A stretch of DNA of 64,000 nucleotides, taken from a virus. Under the pieces are notes generated by a model. The model was not told where the DNA came from. It was given only the letters and a program-made list of their open reading frames with translations, and did not search any database. Positions 48,865 through 58,951 of this stretch are shown in pieces (the first letter of the stretch is position 1; every line of letters starts with the position of its first letter). The stretch is from the IMG/VR virus record IMGVR_UViG_3300028364_001588. One strand, written 5' to 3'. The translations under genes and the position numbers were made by a program.

Positions 48865-50067
48865 ATGAGTTTTTGCGCAGAAGGATGTCTGGAATGTATG
48901 ACAGTAACAGAAAAGAACCAAATTTTCAGAAGAATTAGGAGAAAAATTGGTGCGCCTGTTATGGGAGTAGAACTTCTTGACGAACAAATCGAAGAGTGTA
49001 TTTGTGAAGCAATCGAAGAGTATTCTACATACATAAACGATTGGGTTCTTAGGAATCGTCTTGGAGAGATGCTTGGTCTTCCTTCTGAGGTTGATTTCAC
49101 GCTTAAATACGTTTCTAATTCTTTATATTTTGAAAGGTCTTTTGCTCAAGATATTGGTGAACAAATTGGTCTTGGAGCAAATGGAACCAGAGAAGTAAAA
49201 ACTACTTCTATACCATTAACTGCTGGTACTCAGGACTATTCTGTGCCTGCAGGAAGAGAAGTTCTTGATATTTTATGGTTTACTCCATCTTTTATCAACC
49301 TTTATGGACTTGACCCTTTTTCAAACAACAACATTGCTTTTTCTGAGTTTGGAGCTTCATTTGCAGGTCACTCTCTTTATTCTGTTATGCCTGTGTTTGA
49401 CACAATTATGAACGCACAAGCTGCAGAACTTAGAAATAGAGTTAGAGGTTCAGAGTATCACTACATACTTAGACCTGGACCAGATGGTACAAAAACTCTT
49501 AAATTATTTCCAGTTCCAAGAAGCGGAAGTGTGGCTGGCGGAAACAACAACATAGGAATTGGTGCTGGAGCTGGGACTCCTGGTACTGTGTTTTATACAT
49601 ATAGAGATAGAGCTGGTGCTTATGGTAACCCTGAATTTAGTGGATTCACTGCTAATCCAGACCCAAATTTTACAGGAAATACTGATAGTCAAGGAAATCC
49701 TCTTCCAGGAAATGGCCTTGTTTCAGGGCCTGGGGATGCTCAACTTAACTACATTAGCTGGTGTCAAATGAACTCTGTTGCACAAACATGGGTTAAAAAA
49801 TATGCTCAAGCTCTTGCAAAAGAATTGCTTGGTGTCGGTATTAGAGGAAAATTTAATGGACAACTTCCAATTCCTGGAGCTGAACTTACATTAAATAAAG
49901 ATGACCTTATTTCAACTGGTAGAGAAGACCAGCAAAGATTACTTGACAAGCTTGAAAAAGACCTTGAGGAGCTTTCTTACGATAGAATAATGGAGAAAAG
50001 GATGGCTGTACAACAAGCTGTAAACACAACGTTGTCATTCATACCAATGAAAATATGGATTTACTAA
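48865..50067 (+). CDS. Neck/head-completion protein (T4 gp13-like)
   Basis: IGAPVMGVELLDEQI..C..EA; WVKKYAQALAKE.LG..RGKF..IPG..LTLN. Confidence 0.8.
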   Translation: MSFCAEGCLECMTVTEKNQIFRRIRRKIGAPVMGVELLDEQIEECICEAIEEYSTYINDWVLRNRLGEMLGLPSEVDFTLKYVSNSLYFERSFAQDIGEQIGLGANGTREVKTTSIPLTAGTQDYSVPAGREVLDILWFTPSFINLYGLDPFSNNNIAFSEFGASFAGHSLYSVMPVFDTIMNAQAAELRNRVRGSEYHYILRPGPDGTKTLKLFPVPRSGSVAGGNNNIGIGAGAGTPGTVFYTYRDRAGAYGNPEFSGFTANPDPNFTGNTDSQGNPLPGNGLVSGPGDAQLNYISWCQMNSVAQTWVKKYAQALAKELLGVGIRGKFNGQLPIPGAELTLNKDDLISTGREDQQRLLDKLEKDLEELSYDRIMEKRMAVQQAVNTTLSFIPMKIWIY

Positions 50068-50640
50068 ATGGCTGATTTAAACGAAATAGGAAAATTCCCA
50101 GACGGGATGAAGGATGATGAAACTCAACCAGATGGTATTGGGTTATTCTTTGGAGATAAAGAGCGTGCTTTCTTTAGTTCTGCTGGTAGAGAGATGACTG
50201 AACAGATTCTTCAAGAGTCTATGATGCTTTTTAGAATTGACCTTAAGAGAACCCAAGGTCATAGTCTTTATGGTGAAGCAAAAGCTTTTCAAAAAGTTTG
50301 GAAACCAGAAGTTAAGATTCTTGGTAGAATAAATGTAGAGGCTATAGCTCCAGAATACACTGCAGATGGTGGTATTGTAAAGAAAGGGTTTGGACAATTG
50401 ACTGCGCATGTTTATATGGAACACTTAGAAGAGTTGGGTCTTGTTTTTGCCAAAGAAAATCAAACTACTGTGTTTGACCTTAATGATGGTGATTTTATAG
50501 GATTTAAAGACCAGTTTTATAAAATCATAAACAATGGTCACTCTCAAATCTCAAATGAGCACTCTTGGGGTGGTGATAGAAGGTTTTTTATTACAATCAC
50601 TGCTATCGAAGTTGACGAAGACGTTTTTAAGGCAAGGTAA
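50068..50640 (+). CDS. Neck protein (T4 gp14-like)
   Basis: LYGEA..., GDFI; follows the gp13-like gene. Confidence 0.65.
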   Translation: MADLNEIGKFPDGMKDDETQPDGIGLFFGDKERAFFSSAGREMTEQILQESMMLFRIDLKRTQGHSLYGEAKAFQKVWKPEVKILGRINVEAIAPEYTADGGIVKKGFGQLTAHVYMEHLEELGLVFAKENQTTVFDLNDGDFIGFKDQFYKIINNGHSQISNEHSWGGDRRFFITITAIEVDEDVFKAR

Positions 50641-50791
50641 TTCAAGAATTTATTTTTCTCTTAAATTATACTATAATCTTAGATATATAAAAATTATTCT
50701 TACCAGATTTAGGGAAAAATCCAAAAAGATAACGCCCCCCCTATTATCCCCCCCTCTTAGAAAAAGTATTTCTACTTTAATCAAAAAGGCC

Positions 50792-50990
50792 TGTGTGAGA
50801 GGATGCTAAGTTAATTGTTATACTTAGTCTTAAACCTGCAGTGACAGGACACCAAATTGCTTTGGCGGGTAATAGAGAGTTTGTTTTCCAAAAGTATGAT
50901 AAGTCTACCATGCCCAGTGTAAAATCTTTGTGATAGAAAGCAACGCCCCCAAAAATAAAACTCATAGTCACAAAGCAAAAGCCTTACGCA
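50792..50990 (+). ncRNA. Candidate multi-stem ncRNA (~200 nt)
   Basis: Closing stem plus five internal hairpins; G-U pairs favour the plus strand; intergenic. Confidence 0.55.
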
Positions 50991-51054
50991 AAGATAAAGC
51001 ATAAAAAACTTCATTTCCAAATTTCTTCAAACTATTTATTAAAAACACCTACAG

Positions 51055-51768
51055 ATGAGTATTAGTGATAACATAGGAAGAGAGTTGGATAACAACTTTG
51101 AAAACTTTAACTACTTGCCCCAAAAGCTTGAACTTGAAGACCATGACCTTGGTATCAAAAATTTCATTGAAGACTTAGGAATAAGTATGACAAATGAAAA
51201 TAATATTCTTGCTAAAGTTCCATTAATTTGGTTGACTCAAGAGCTTTGGGCTGAGAGAAAATTAAATTGGAAAGAGATGAGGGGAGAATTGGGAGAAGAA
51301 ATTACAAGACCTTTCATGACGATATATAGGAATTCCGTTATTCAAGGAACTTCTCCACTAAAAAGAACAATTCCAAACAAAATGAAGTTCAGATTTGTAA
51401 AGATTCCAAAAATGGATGGAACTTTAAAGGGTTATGATATTTATAAAATTCCACAACCAACTTATGTGGACTGTTCTTATACATTAAGCTTATTTACTCA
51501 CTATATAGTTGACGTAAATACATTTTACGAATTTATATTAAGAGAAGGTTATTCTGGAGGTCAAGGTTATATGAAAATCAATGGTCACGACATTTCTTCT
51601 AAGATAGGCGACCCAAGTGAAAACAATAAAAATGACATCTCTCAAGAGAGGGTTTATAGGATAGACATACCAATAACAGTGCAGGGTAAATTAATTGACC
51701 CAACCAAATTTGAGAAAGTAAATACCATTACAAAGGTGTTGATTAAAATTCAAGAGAAAAGAAGATAA
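51055..51768 (+). CDS. Tail completion/terminator protein (gp15-like)
   Basis: Located between neck and sheath genes; VPLI..ERW-like and PQPTYVD.SY motifs. Confidence 0.6.
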   Translation: MSISDNIGRELDNNFENFNYLPQKLELEDHDLGIKNFIEDLGISMTNENNILAKVPLIWLTQELWAERKLNWKEMRGELGEEITRPFMTIYRNSVIQGTSPLKRTIPNKMKFRFVKIPKMDGTLKGYDIYKIPQPTYVDCSYTLSLFTHYIVDVNTFYEFILREGYSGGQGYMKINGHDISSKIGDPSENNKNDISQERVYRIDIPITVQGKLIDPTKFEKVNTITKVLIKIQEKRR

Positions 51769-51817
51769 TCAATAATGTTTTATCTTTTTTCTTCTATTTA
51801 TAAGAAAGTTTTAGATA

Positions 51818-52114
51818 ATGAAGATTAAGAACAAAAAAAATAAGGTAAACTATGTCAATTTTAAGGATTGTGGAGTACCTAAAAAGATAATGATTCCTGC
51901 TGGTAAGACAGTTGAAGTTTCATCATTAAAAAACTTAGCTCAGGTGTTAAATCTTGGAGATTTTGAAAGAGGTTTTTTTGAAGTAATTGAAGAAAACGAA
52001 GCTGTTGAAATCAAGCCAGCAGAAGCTTCTAAGAAAGATAAAACAGAAGATACCTTAGACAAGGCGGAAAAGGAAGTTAAGAACTACACTGACAACAAAA
52101 AAGAAAAAAAATAA
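51818..52114 (+). CDS. Hypothetical protein upstream of the sheath gene
   Basis: TATTTAT at 51795. Confidence 0.5.
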   Translation: MKIKNKKNKVNYVNFKDCGVPKKIMIPAGKTVEVSSLKNLAQVLNLGDFERGFFEVIEENEAVEIKPAEASKKDKTEDTLDKAEKEVKNYTDNKKEKK

Positions 52115-52139
52115 AAACTAATAATTTAATCAAAGCGAT

Positions 52140-54821
52140 ATGGCAACAATATTTGTATCACCAGGTGTCTTCACAAGAGAACAAGATTTCACAATCTTTG
52201 CATCAAGAATAGGTATTACAAGATTGGGAGTTGTTGGTAAAACCTTAAAGGGACCAGCATTCGAACCAATTAAAATAAGAACTACTGATGACTATCTACT
52301 TAGATTTGGGTCAACTGACCCAGACTTCCCGCTACCATACGTGGCGAATTCATTCTTGGCACAATCAAATGAATTAACTGTAACCAGAGTACTTGGTAGT
52401 GATGGGTTTACTAACTCACCAGCATGGTTAATCATGGCTAACATTTCTGATTTTTATTCAGGAGAGACAGTTTATAGTGGACTTACATTTTCACAAAGCG
52501 GACAAGCTGCACCAGTAACTTATAACTTCTCAGGTATCACAGACCCTGTTATGGCGAACGGAACTGTTTCAGCAAACACTGTTGGAAATGATGTTGTAAT
52601 TAACTATAGTGGTTCTGTAACTTCAGATTTTGTAAACAACGCACTTTTAGCTGATGCAGGATTTGTAGCCTTAAATATTTCTGTTGATGATGATAATGTT
52701 TCTCTTTTTGGAGATGGAACATGGTCACTTGCTGTAGCTACTGCAGAGCCTAAAGGTTCTAAATCAGGTTCTACACTTGCAGTTCTTAGAAGTAAGAGAA
52801 ATCAAATTGATGATTCATGGTACTTCAACGAAGAAAGTGATGTTACAATTGGAGCAATTACTTCTACATTAGGAAGTTTTGCACTTAGCGCAACAACTGG
52901 ACCTCTTACTGCTCAAACAAATAGTGGATTTACAGTTTCTCTTGATGAAACGAGAGAAGATTATATTACTAAGATTCTTGGTAGAAACCCAAAAATTATT
53001 GATGGGGCACCAAATCTTTATGTAGAAAGAATCTACCCTCACTTTGTGAGAGAGGCGAGTTCTCTTAATGATATTGCAAATATTAACTCAACTCTTGCTT
53101 ATACAGAAGAAGCGGCTTATACTGACTTCGCAAATGGATATACAAATGCTATTACTCCATGGATTGTATCGAGAGTAATCGGGGGAGACGTTAGAAACCT
53201 TTTCAAAATCCAAACTATTTCTGATGGTAACTCATCAAATATTGAGATTAAGATTTCTATCGCAAATATTGATATTTTAAACTATACTTTCGATATAATT
53301 GTAAGAAGATATGAAGACACAGATGCTTCAGCTTCTTCTACAGCGCTTGAAAGATGGTCAAACCTTTCTCTTAGAGAAGAAGATGCTAACTTTATTGCTA
53401 AGGTAATCGGAACAGCCGATGAGACTTACCCAAGAAAGTCAAGATTCATTACAATTGACCTTGCTGCTTCATTCCCAACTAATACTGTACCTGCAGGATT
53501 TAGAGGTTATGATTTAAGAGAGACTGGGATTTCAGGTTCTACTGCACCAAATGTTTATTACAAGACTGATTATCTTTCAGGTGATTCAGTGTTCAAAACA
53601 TACCTTGGTATTTCTGAGCTTGGATACACTAATTTTACAACTGACCAAGTTTCTACAAGAACTGCGATTAAGACTATCGAGTCTGATTTATTTTCATACG
53701 AAGGAGGAACTACTACAGATAAAACAGAGATTAAAGGTTTCCACCTTGAGAACACAGCAGATGCTACTAAATTTATTAGTGGTAACGAAAATTCTCTTAC
53801 AGGATATACAAATGCAGCTGGAACACTTGTTGATAGAAACAAGTTGAAATTTACACTTGTACCTGCTGGTGGATTTGATGGATGGGATAAGTATAGAACT
53901 TACCAAAATCTTTACGAAGAGTTTACTGATGCATTCCCTAATAATGTTAACGCATTTAAAGATGGTCTTGACGAAATGGCAAACCCAGAAGTTGTGGACA
54001 TCAATGTAATGGTTACGCCAGGTGTTGATTATAGCAATAATACAAACATTGTTAAGTATGCACTTGATATTGTAGAAGATAGAACGGATGCAATCTATGT
54101 AATGGATGCGCCAAGGCTTACAAGCGGCTCAATCAAAGGGACTCCAGAAGAAGTTGTTTCAAGACTTGAAGCAACTGGTATTGACAGCAACTATGCTGCT
54201 ACATACTGGCCATGGATTCAAATTGAAGACCCTAATTCAGGTAGATTCACTTACCAAGCGCCTACTATGATGGCTGTTCAAACATATGCGCTTACAGATA
54301 ATATTTCTGCGCCATGGTTTGCTCCTGCTGGACTTAACAGAGGACTTGCTGGACCACAAGTAATTAGAGCTGACGTTAGATTAAACAACAACGATAGAGA
54401 CACACTTTACCAAGGTAGAGTTAATCCAATCGCAACGTTTGTACAACAAGGTGTTGTTATTTGGGGACAAAAAACTCTTCAACAAAGACAATCTGCTCTT
54501 GATAGAATTAACATCAGAAGATTGTTACTTCAAGTTAGAAGATTAGTTGCAGCAGCGTCTCTTACATTATTGTTCGAACAAAACGACCAAACTCTTAGAG
54601 ACCAATTCTTAGCTAAGGTTGAGCCAATTCTTCTTCAGATTCAAAATCAAAGAGGGCTTACAGCTTTCAAAGTAGTTATGGATGACTCTAATAACACAGC
54701 AGATACAATCGACAGAAATACGTTGGTTGGTAAGATTCAACTTCAACCTACAAGAACGGCTGAATTCATTGACCTTACGTTTCAAGTCCTTCCCACGGGG
54801 GCGAGATTTGAAGATTTTTAA
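52140..54821 (+). CDS. Tail sheath protein (T4 gp18-like)
   Basis: SPGVFTREQD, KGPAFEP, PWFAPAGLNRG, VNPI, WGQKTL, LDRINIRRL, FEQND, PTRTAEFI. Confidence 0.96.
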   Translation: MATIFVSPGVFTREQDFTIFASRIGITRLGVVGKTLKGPAFEPIKIRTTDDYLLRFGSTDPDFPLPYVANSFLAQSNELTVTRVLGSDGFTNSPAWLIMANISDFYSGETVYSGLTFSQSGQAAPVTYNFSGITDPVMANGTVSANTVGNDVVINYSGSVTSDFVNNALLADAGFVALNISVDDDNVSLFGDGTWSLAVATAEPKGSKSGSTLAVLRSKRNQIDDSWYFNEESDVTIGAITSTLGSFALSATTGPLTAQTNSGFTVSLDETREDYITKILGRNPKIIDGAPNLYVERIYPHFVREASSLNDIANINSTLAYTEEAAYTDFANGYTNAITPWIVSRVIGGDVRNLFKIQTISDGNSSNIEIKISIANIDILNYTFDIIVRRYEDTDASASSTALERWSNLSLREEDANFIAKVIGTADETYPRKSRFITIDLAASFPTNTVPAGFRGYDLRETGISGSTAPNVYYKTDYLSGDSVFKTYLGISELGYTNFTTDQVSTRTAIKTIESDLFSYEGGTTTDKTEIKGFHLENTADATKFISGNENSLTGYTNAAGTLVDRNKLKFTLVPAGGFDGWDKYRTYQNLYEEFTDAFPNNVNAFKDGLDEMANPEVVDINVMVTPGVDYSNNTNIVKYALDIVEDRTDAIYVMDAPRLTSGSIKGTPEEVVSRLEATGIDSNYAATYWPWIQIEDPNSGRFTYQAPTMMAVQTYALTDNISAPWFAPAGLNRGLAGPQVIRADVRLNNNDRDTLYQGRVNPIATFVQQGVVIWGQKTLQQRQSALDRINIRRLLLQVRRLVAAASLTLLFEQNDQTLRDQFLAKVEPILLQIQNQRGLTAFKVVMDDSNNTADTIDRNTLVGKIQLQPTRTAEFIDLTFQVLPTGARFEDF

Positions 54822-54850
54822 TTTTCTGATAATCAGACACTTACATATTA

Positions 54851-54877
54851 AAAGGAGCTTTCGAGCTCCTTTTTTTT
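54851..54877 (+). terminator. Terminator after the sheath gene
   Basis: AAAGGAGCT-TTCG-AGCTCCTTT followed by a T-run. Confidence 0.85.
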
Positions 54878-54942
54878 GTTTTATTATTTTCTTACTATTT
54901 ATTCATACAAACCGAATGCCAGTAGGTATTAAATGAAATGCT

Positions 54943-56001
54943 ATGAAAGAAAAAGGAAACTGCGAGAACTGCGGAAATGAGAACCCTAAGCGAAGTATGA
55001 AGACCTGTTGTAGGAAGTGCGCAGATGAGTTAAAGAAAAAGAAGAGTCGAGAGACCAGAGAGTGTGTTAACTGTAGCCTAGGCTTCGAGGTCAGAAAGAA
55101 AGATAAGAAAAAGCTTTGTTCCGATGAGTGCAGAAAAGAATGGGCCTTGGTTCCAGAGAATTTGGAGTTAAGAATAAATAATTCCAAGCAAGCTGTTAGG
55201 GGTAGGTTTGGGGTTGACAACGTATTTCAATTAGAGAATATTAAACAGAAGTCTAAAGAGACTAAGAAAGAAAGATATGGTGATGAGAACTATCATAATT
55301 CTGACAAAAAAGTTGAAACTTTATACGATAGATATGGAGAGGGTTATTTTAAAAATTTATCAGATAGTTTAAAAGAAAAGTTTTTGAAAGAACATGGAGT
55401 AGAACATCCATTGCAGCTTGACGAATTCAAAGATAAGATGAAGCAAACCAACCTCGACAAGTATGGAGTAGAGAATGTCTCTCAGGTCGAGGAGTTCAAG
55501 GAGAAGAGAAAGGAGACTATGATGGAGCTCTATGGAGTGGAGAATGCTTCTCAGAATGAAGATATTAAGCAAAAGAAGAAAGATACTTCGATGAAGAATT
55601 TTGGAGTGAGCCATCACTTGAAAGATTACGACATGCTCCAGAAACATTTTAAAGCTCAATTAAAGGTCAAGAAGTATAAGGATACCAAGCTGTACTACCA
55701 AGGTTCATATGAACTTCATTTCTTGGAATTGATGGATGATAAAGGTTTGCTTAGTCAGGTAAGCAACGGCAGGAGTTATGACTACGAGTTCATGGACGAG
55801 AATCATGTGTATCATACAGATTTTGTATATGATAGTAAGGACATTGAAATTAAGTCAGGTTGGACGTACAACAAGAATGGAGAAGATAAATTGCTCCAGG
55901 AGATAAACGAGACCAAGTGGCAATCTGTGAGAGATGTGGGTGAGGAGATTGTTGTCTTGATTTCTAAAATTAGAATAAGTGAATTCGTGGACTATTTATA
56001 A
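54943..56001 (+). CDS. Endonuclease-like protein (zinc fingers, KYGVEN repeats, PD-(D/E)xK C-terminus)
   Basis: CxxC..CC..C; repeated [KR]YGVEN; QGSYE..., YHTDF...IEIKSGWT. Confidence 0.7.
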   Translation: MKEKGNCENCGNENPKRSMKTCCRKCADELKKKKSRETRECVNCSLGFEVRKKDKKKLCSDECRKEWALVPENLELRINNSKQAVRGRFGVDNVFQLENIKQKSKETKKERYGDENYHNSDKKVETLYDRYGEGYFKNLSDSLKEKFLKEHGVEHPLQLDEFKDKMKQTNLDKYGVENVSQVEEFKEKRKETMMELYGVENASQNEDIKQKKKDTSMKNFGVSHHLKDYDMLQKHFKAQLKVKKYKDTKLYYQGSYELHFLELMDDKGLLSQVSNGRSYDYEFMDENHVYHTDFVYDSKDIEIKSGWTYNKNGEDKLLQEINETKWQSVRDVGEEIVVLISKIRISEFVDYL

Positions 56002-56004
56002 TTG

Positions 56005-56466
56005 ATGTTAACAGAATCATATATAAGGAAAATTATTAGAGAAGAATTGAAATTGATTCAAGAGTCAAAAAAAATGCCAGAGTATCAATATCATTCTACT
56101 TCATGGGACAAAATTGATTCTATATTGAAAAAAGGATTATTATTACCAAAGACTACATCAGACATTGCAACTCACGCATATAACACAAAAACAATATCTA
56201 CAGCAGATGAAGAAAAATTTGCCATGGTTTATAATCCAAATGGGGCTTTGTTAAAAATAAAAATAAACCCAGAAAATTATAAGGATGTAAACATTAATTC
56301 AATGTGGAAGAGTGGCGAGAATCTTGAACAACTTATGAATAGGTTGATAGATAAGTATAAGTCAGAAGGTTTTAGTGGAATTTATGTTGGAAATAATTAT
56401 CAATCAACAGTAGGTAATCAATCATTCTTTGACATATCTCCATATAATATTGAATTAATAAATTAG
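56005..56466 (+). CDS. Putative packaged ADP-ribosyltransferase-fold protein
   Basis: IRKIIREELKLIQES leader, then YHST...SILKKGL...IST....A..Y...LLKI. Confidence 0.5.
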   Translation: MLTESYIRKIIREELKLIQESKKMPEYQYHSTSWDKIDSILKKGLLLPKTTSDIATHAYNTKTISTADEEKFAMVYNPNGALLKIKINPENYKDVNINSMWKSGENLEQLMNRLIDKYKSEGFSGIYVGNNYQSTVGNQSFFDISPYNIELIN

Positions 56467-56575
56467 AAAAACATAAATAAAACTAAAGAGGATTTGAAAA
56501 ATTCCTCTTTTTTTTGTCAATAACTGTACTTAAAATCATTTTGATTTCTATTTATATAAAAAGCTGTATTTTACT

Positions 56576-57055
56576 ATGTCTGGTATCTATTTTCATCCTA
56601 TAAAAAGAATATTTCTCAACCTTTCGGGTGGGACTGTTACTGGTGATACTGTGTTCACCGAAGGTGTTTACGCTACTCGTTTGTCTGGTGGCACGATTTA
56701 TTCAGGCTCAACAGACCTTGAGGTTATAATTAGAAATATATCCTCTTCGTTTTCTGGTGTCACTGGTAATTTTTTACCATTGTCTGGAGGAACTGGGGGG
56801 TCATATTCTTTTACAGGAGGAACGACAGCAGATACTTTAACAATAACTACTACAGTAGCGCCAGCTACAGATAACACAGTAGACCTTGGGAGTCCTGTGA
56901 GAAGGTTTAGAAGACTTAACATAGTGGATGGAGTTGCAGTAAGTTTTACAGCTTCAACAAGAATTAAAACAGCTCAACTGGAGTTAGGAAATACAATAGT
57001 TACAGAAAACAATATTATACTATCAGGAGATTGTATTGATGGTGGAGATTGGTAA
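56576..57055 (+). CDS. Tail fibre-associated protein
   Basis: FLPLSGGT repeats, P..DNTVDLGS..RR, C-terminal CIDGGDW. Confidence 0.65.
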   Translation: MSGIYFHPIKRIFLNLSGGTVTGDTVFTEGVYATRLSGGTIYSGSTDLEVIIRNISSSFSGVTGNFLPLSGGTGGSYSFTGGTTADTLTITTTVAPATDNTVDLGSPVRRFRRLNIVDGVAVSFTASTRIKTAQLELGNTIVTENNIILSGDCIDGGDW

Positions 57056-57104
57056 CAGATAAACAAAAAATAGAATATTTATTAATAAATAAAAGAACAT
57101 TATA

Positions 57105-58862
57105 ATGGCTGAAATTAGGCAAGTAACAATCAAAGTAAGAGACAGGCAAGTAAACGGTGGTTTGCTTCCCGTGGACACAGTATTCGGAGAACCGTTTGTA
57201 AACCTATACAATGGAGTTCTTAGATTTTCTGGTGTAACTGGAGGAGACTTTGAAGAGTCTGGTCAGTCAGGAGTTTTTGAAGTAGGTTCAAAACTTTACA
57301 ATTCAAATATATCAAATAGACTTAACATCAACGATAATTTTATTATCAGTGGTGGCACTGGGTTGATTTCTACTTATGGTGGAGCATCTGGAGCTGGACT
57401 TGATGGTAAGTTCATGAGTGGTACAACCAACGGGTTTGTATTAGGAAATATTTCAGACATACAAGGTGTGACTACAAGAGTTCAGCCAGGAGTAAACACA
57501 TACACTGGAGGAACAGCTGATAACCCAACTGTAAACGTTGTTGATTCGCCATCTTTTAACGAATTAACCGCTTCTGGAACTTCTAATTTTACAGGAATCA
57601 TTCAATCTGGAGGAACAAATCTTGAGGATATTTTCTTGACTGCTGGAGACCTTTCTGGGACAACTGTAAGCGAAGGTTCGAATGTTAACGTTAACAATGT
57701 TGGTACTGATTATGAAGTTTCTGTTGTAGATTCTCCAAGTTTCAATGATATTCTTTTTTCTGGAACAGCTACTGGTGGAGATGCGTTTTTTACAAACATG
57801 TCAGCAACTACCCTTTACTCAGGCTCAACAGATGTAGAAGATATAATTTATTCAATTGCTGCAGATGTGGCAGGCGAGCACACATATGTTGCTGGAGGAA
57901 CAAATATCGTTACAGGAGGCACAGCAGCGCTACCAACCATTAGTCTTGTAGATTCTCCTTCTGTTAACATACTTACAGCATCGGGACATGTATTTACAAA
58001 TGGTACAACTTATTCTGGAGGAACAATCGTAGACGATGGCGTGTTCACAATTGATGCAGCTACGCAAGTAGAGGTCGATAGCGACTTGCTTCCAACTGCA
58101 CATCTTACTTATGACCTTGGAGCTGTAGGACAAAGATGGGATAGAGTATTTGCAAGAAGAATTAGACTGGGAACGTCATCAACAATACTTGAGGACAACT
58201 TATTCTCGTCAACTACTGGAAACTTCTTGTTTGATTTCGCTGGAGACCTTTCAATAGATAACAACACGCTTCCAAATGTGGATTTAGCTTATGACCTTGG
58301 GTCAAATTCAAATAGATGGAAAACTGCTTACGCTGAAGATTTAGACCTTTCAGGGGTTTTGGCTGCAACTGGAATAACTGATTCAAGCTTAACTGCTGGA
58401 CAAGTTGTGTACGCAGGGGTTGGTGGTAAATTAACAGGAGAACCAGGTTTTGAATATGATGAAGCTTCAAATTTATTTAAGACTGGAAAGATTCAAATTG
58501 GTAACCCAGGAGACACAGGAAATACAACAACTATTTTCGGAGACATTCTTGTTATCGGTCAATCAATTAGTGGGTTTACTTCACAACTTTATATTGAAGA
58601 TAATCTTATTGAACTTAACTACAATCCATCAGCATCAACAATAGCTACCTCACTTGGGGCAGGTTGGTCAATTCAAGATGGTTCTGGTGTAGATGGTACA
58701 GATGTTCTTTGGGATATTAGAGGTACGGCAACAGGTCTTGGTAATCGTTCATTTACAACGAACCTTCAAGATATTAGAATTAGAGAAACAGGAACTATAG
58801 CTGCTCCAAATGGCGATAGGGTAATAGCTGAAAACGATTGCATTGATGGGGGGTCATATTGA
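57105..58862 (+). CDS. Tail fibre/whisker-like protein
   Basis: GEPFVN N-terminus; three V/LVDSPS repeats; two P....YDLG....RW repeats; C-terminal CIDGGSY. Confidence 0.7.
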   Translation: MAEIRQVTIKVRDRQVNGGLLPVDTVFGEPFVNLYNGVLRFSGVTGGDFEESGQSGVFEVGSKLYNSNISNRLNINDNFIISGGTGLISTYGGASGAGLDGKFMSGTTNGFVLGNISDIQGVTTRVQPGVNTYTGGTADNPTVNVVDSPSFNELTASGTSNFTGIIQSGGTNLEDIFLTAGDLSGTTVSEGSNVNVNNVGTDYEVSVVDSPSFNDILFSGTATGGDAFFTNMSATTLYSGSTDVEDIIYSIAADVAGEHTYVAGGTNIVTGGTAALPTISLVDSPSVNILTASGHVFTNGTTYSGGTIVDDGVFTIDAATQVEVDSDLLPTAHLTYDLGAVGQRWDRVFARRIRLGTSSTILEDNLFSSTTGNFLFDFAGDLSIDNNTLPNVDLAYDLGSNSNRWKTAYAEDLDLSGVLAATGITDSSLTAGQVVYAGVGGKLTGEPGFEYDEASNLFKTGKIQIGNPGDTGNTTTIFGDILVIGQSISGFTSQLYIEDNLIELNYNPSASTIATSLGAGWSIQDGSGVDGTDVLWDIRGTATGLGNRSFTTNLQDIRIRETGTIAAPNGDRVIAENDCIDGGSY

Positions 58863-58951
58863 TGGTGGAATTTACTAAATTTTAAACTATTTAGAAAGAC
58901 AGAGTTTGATTACTCTGTCTTTTTTGTTTACAATTAATTTAAAATAAACAT

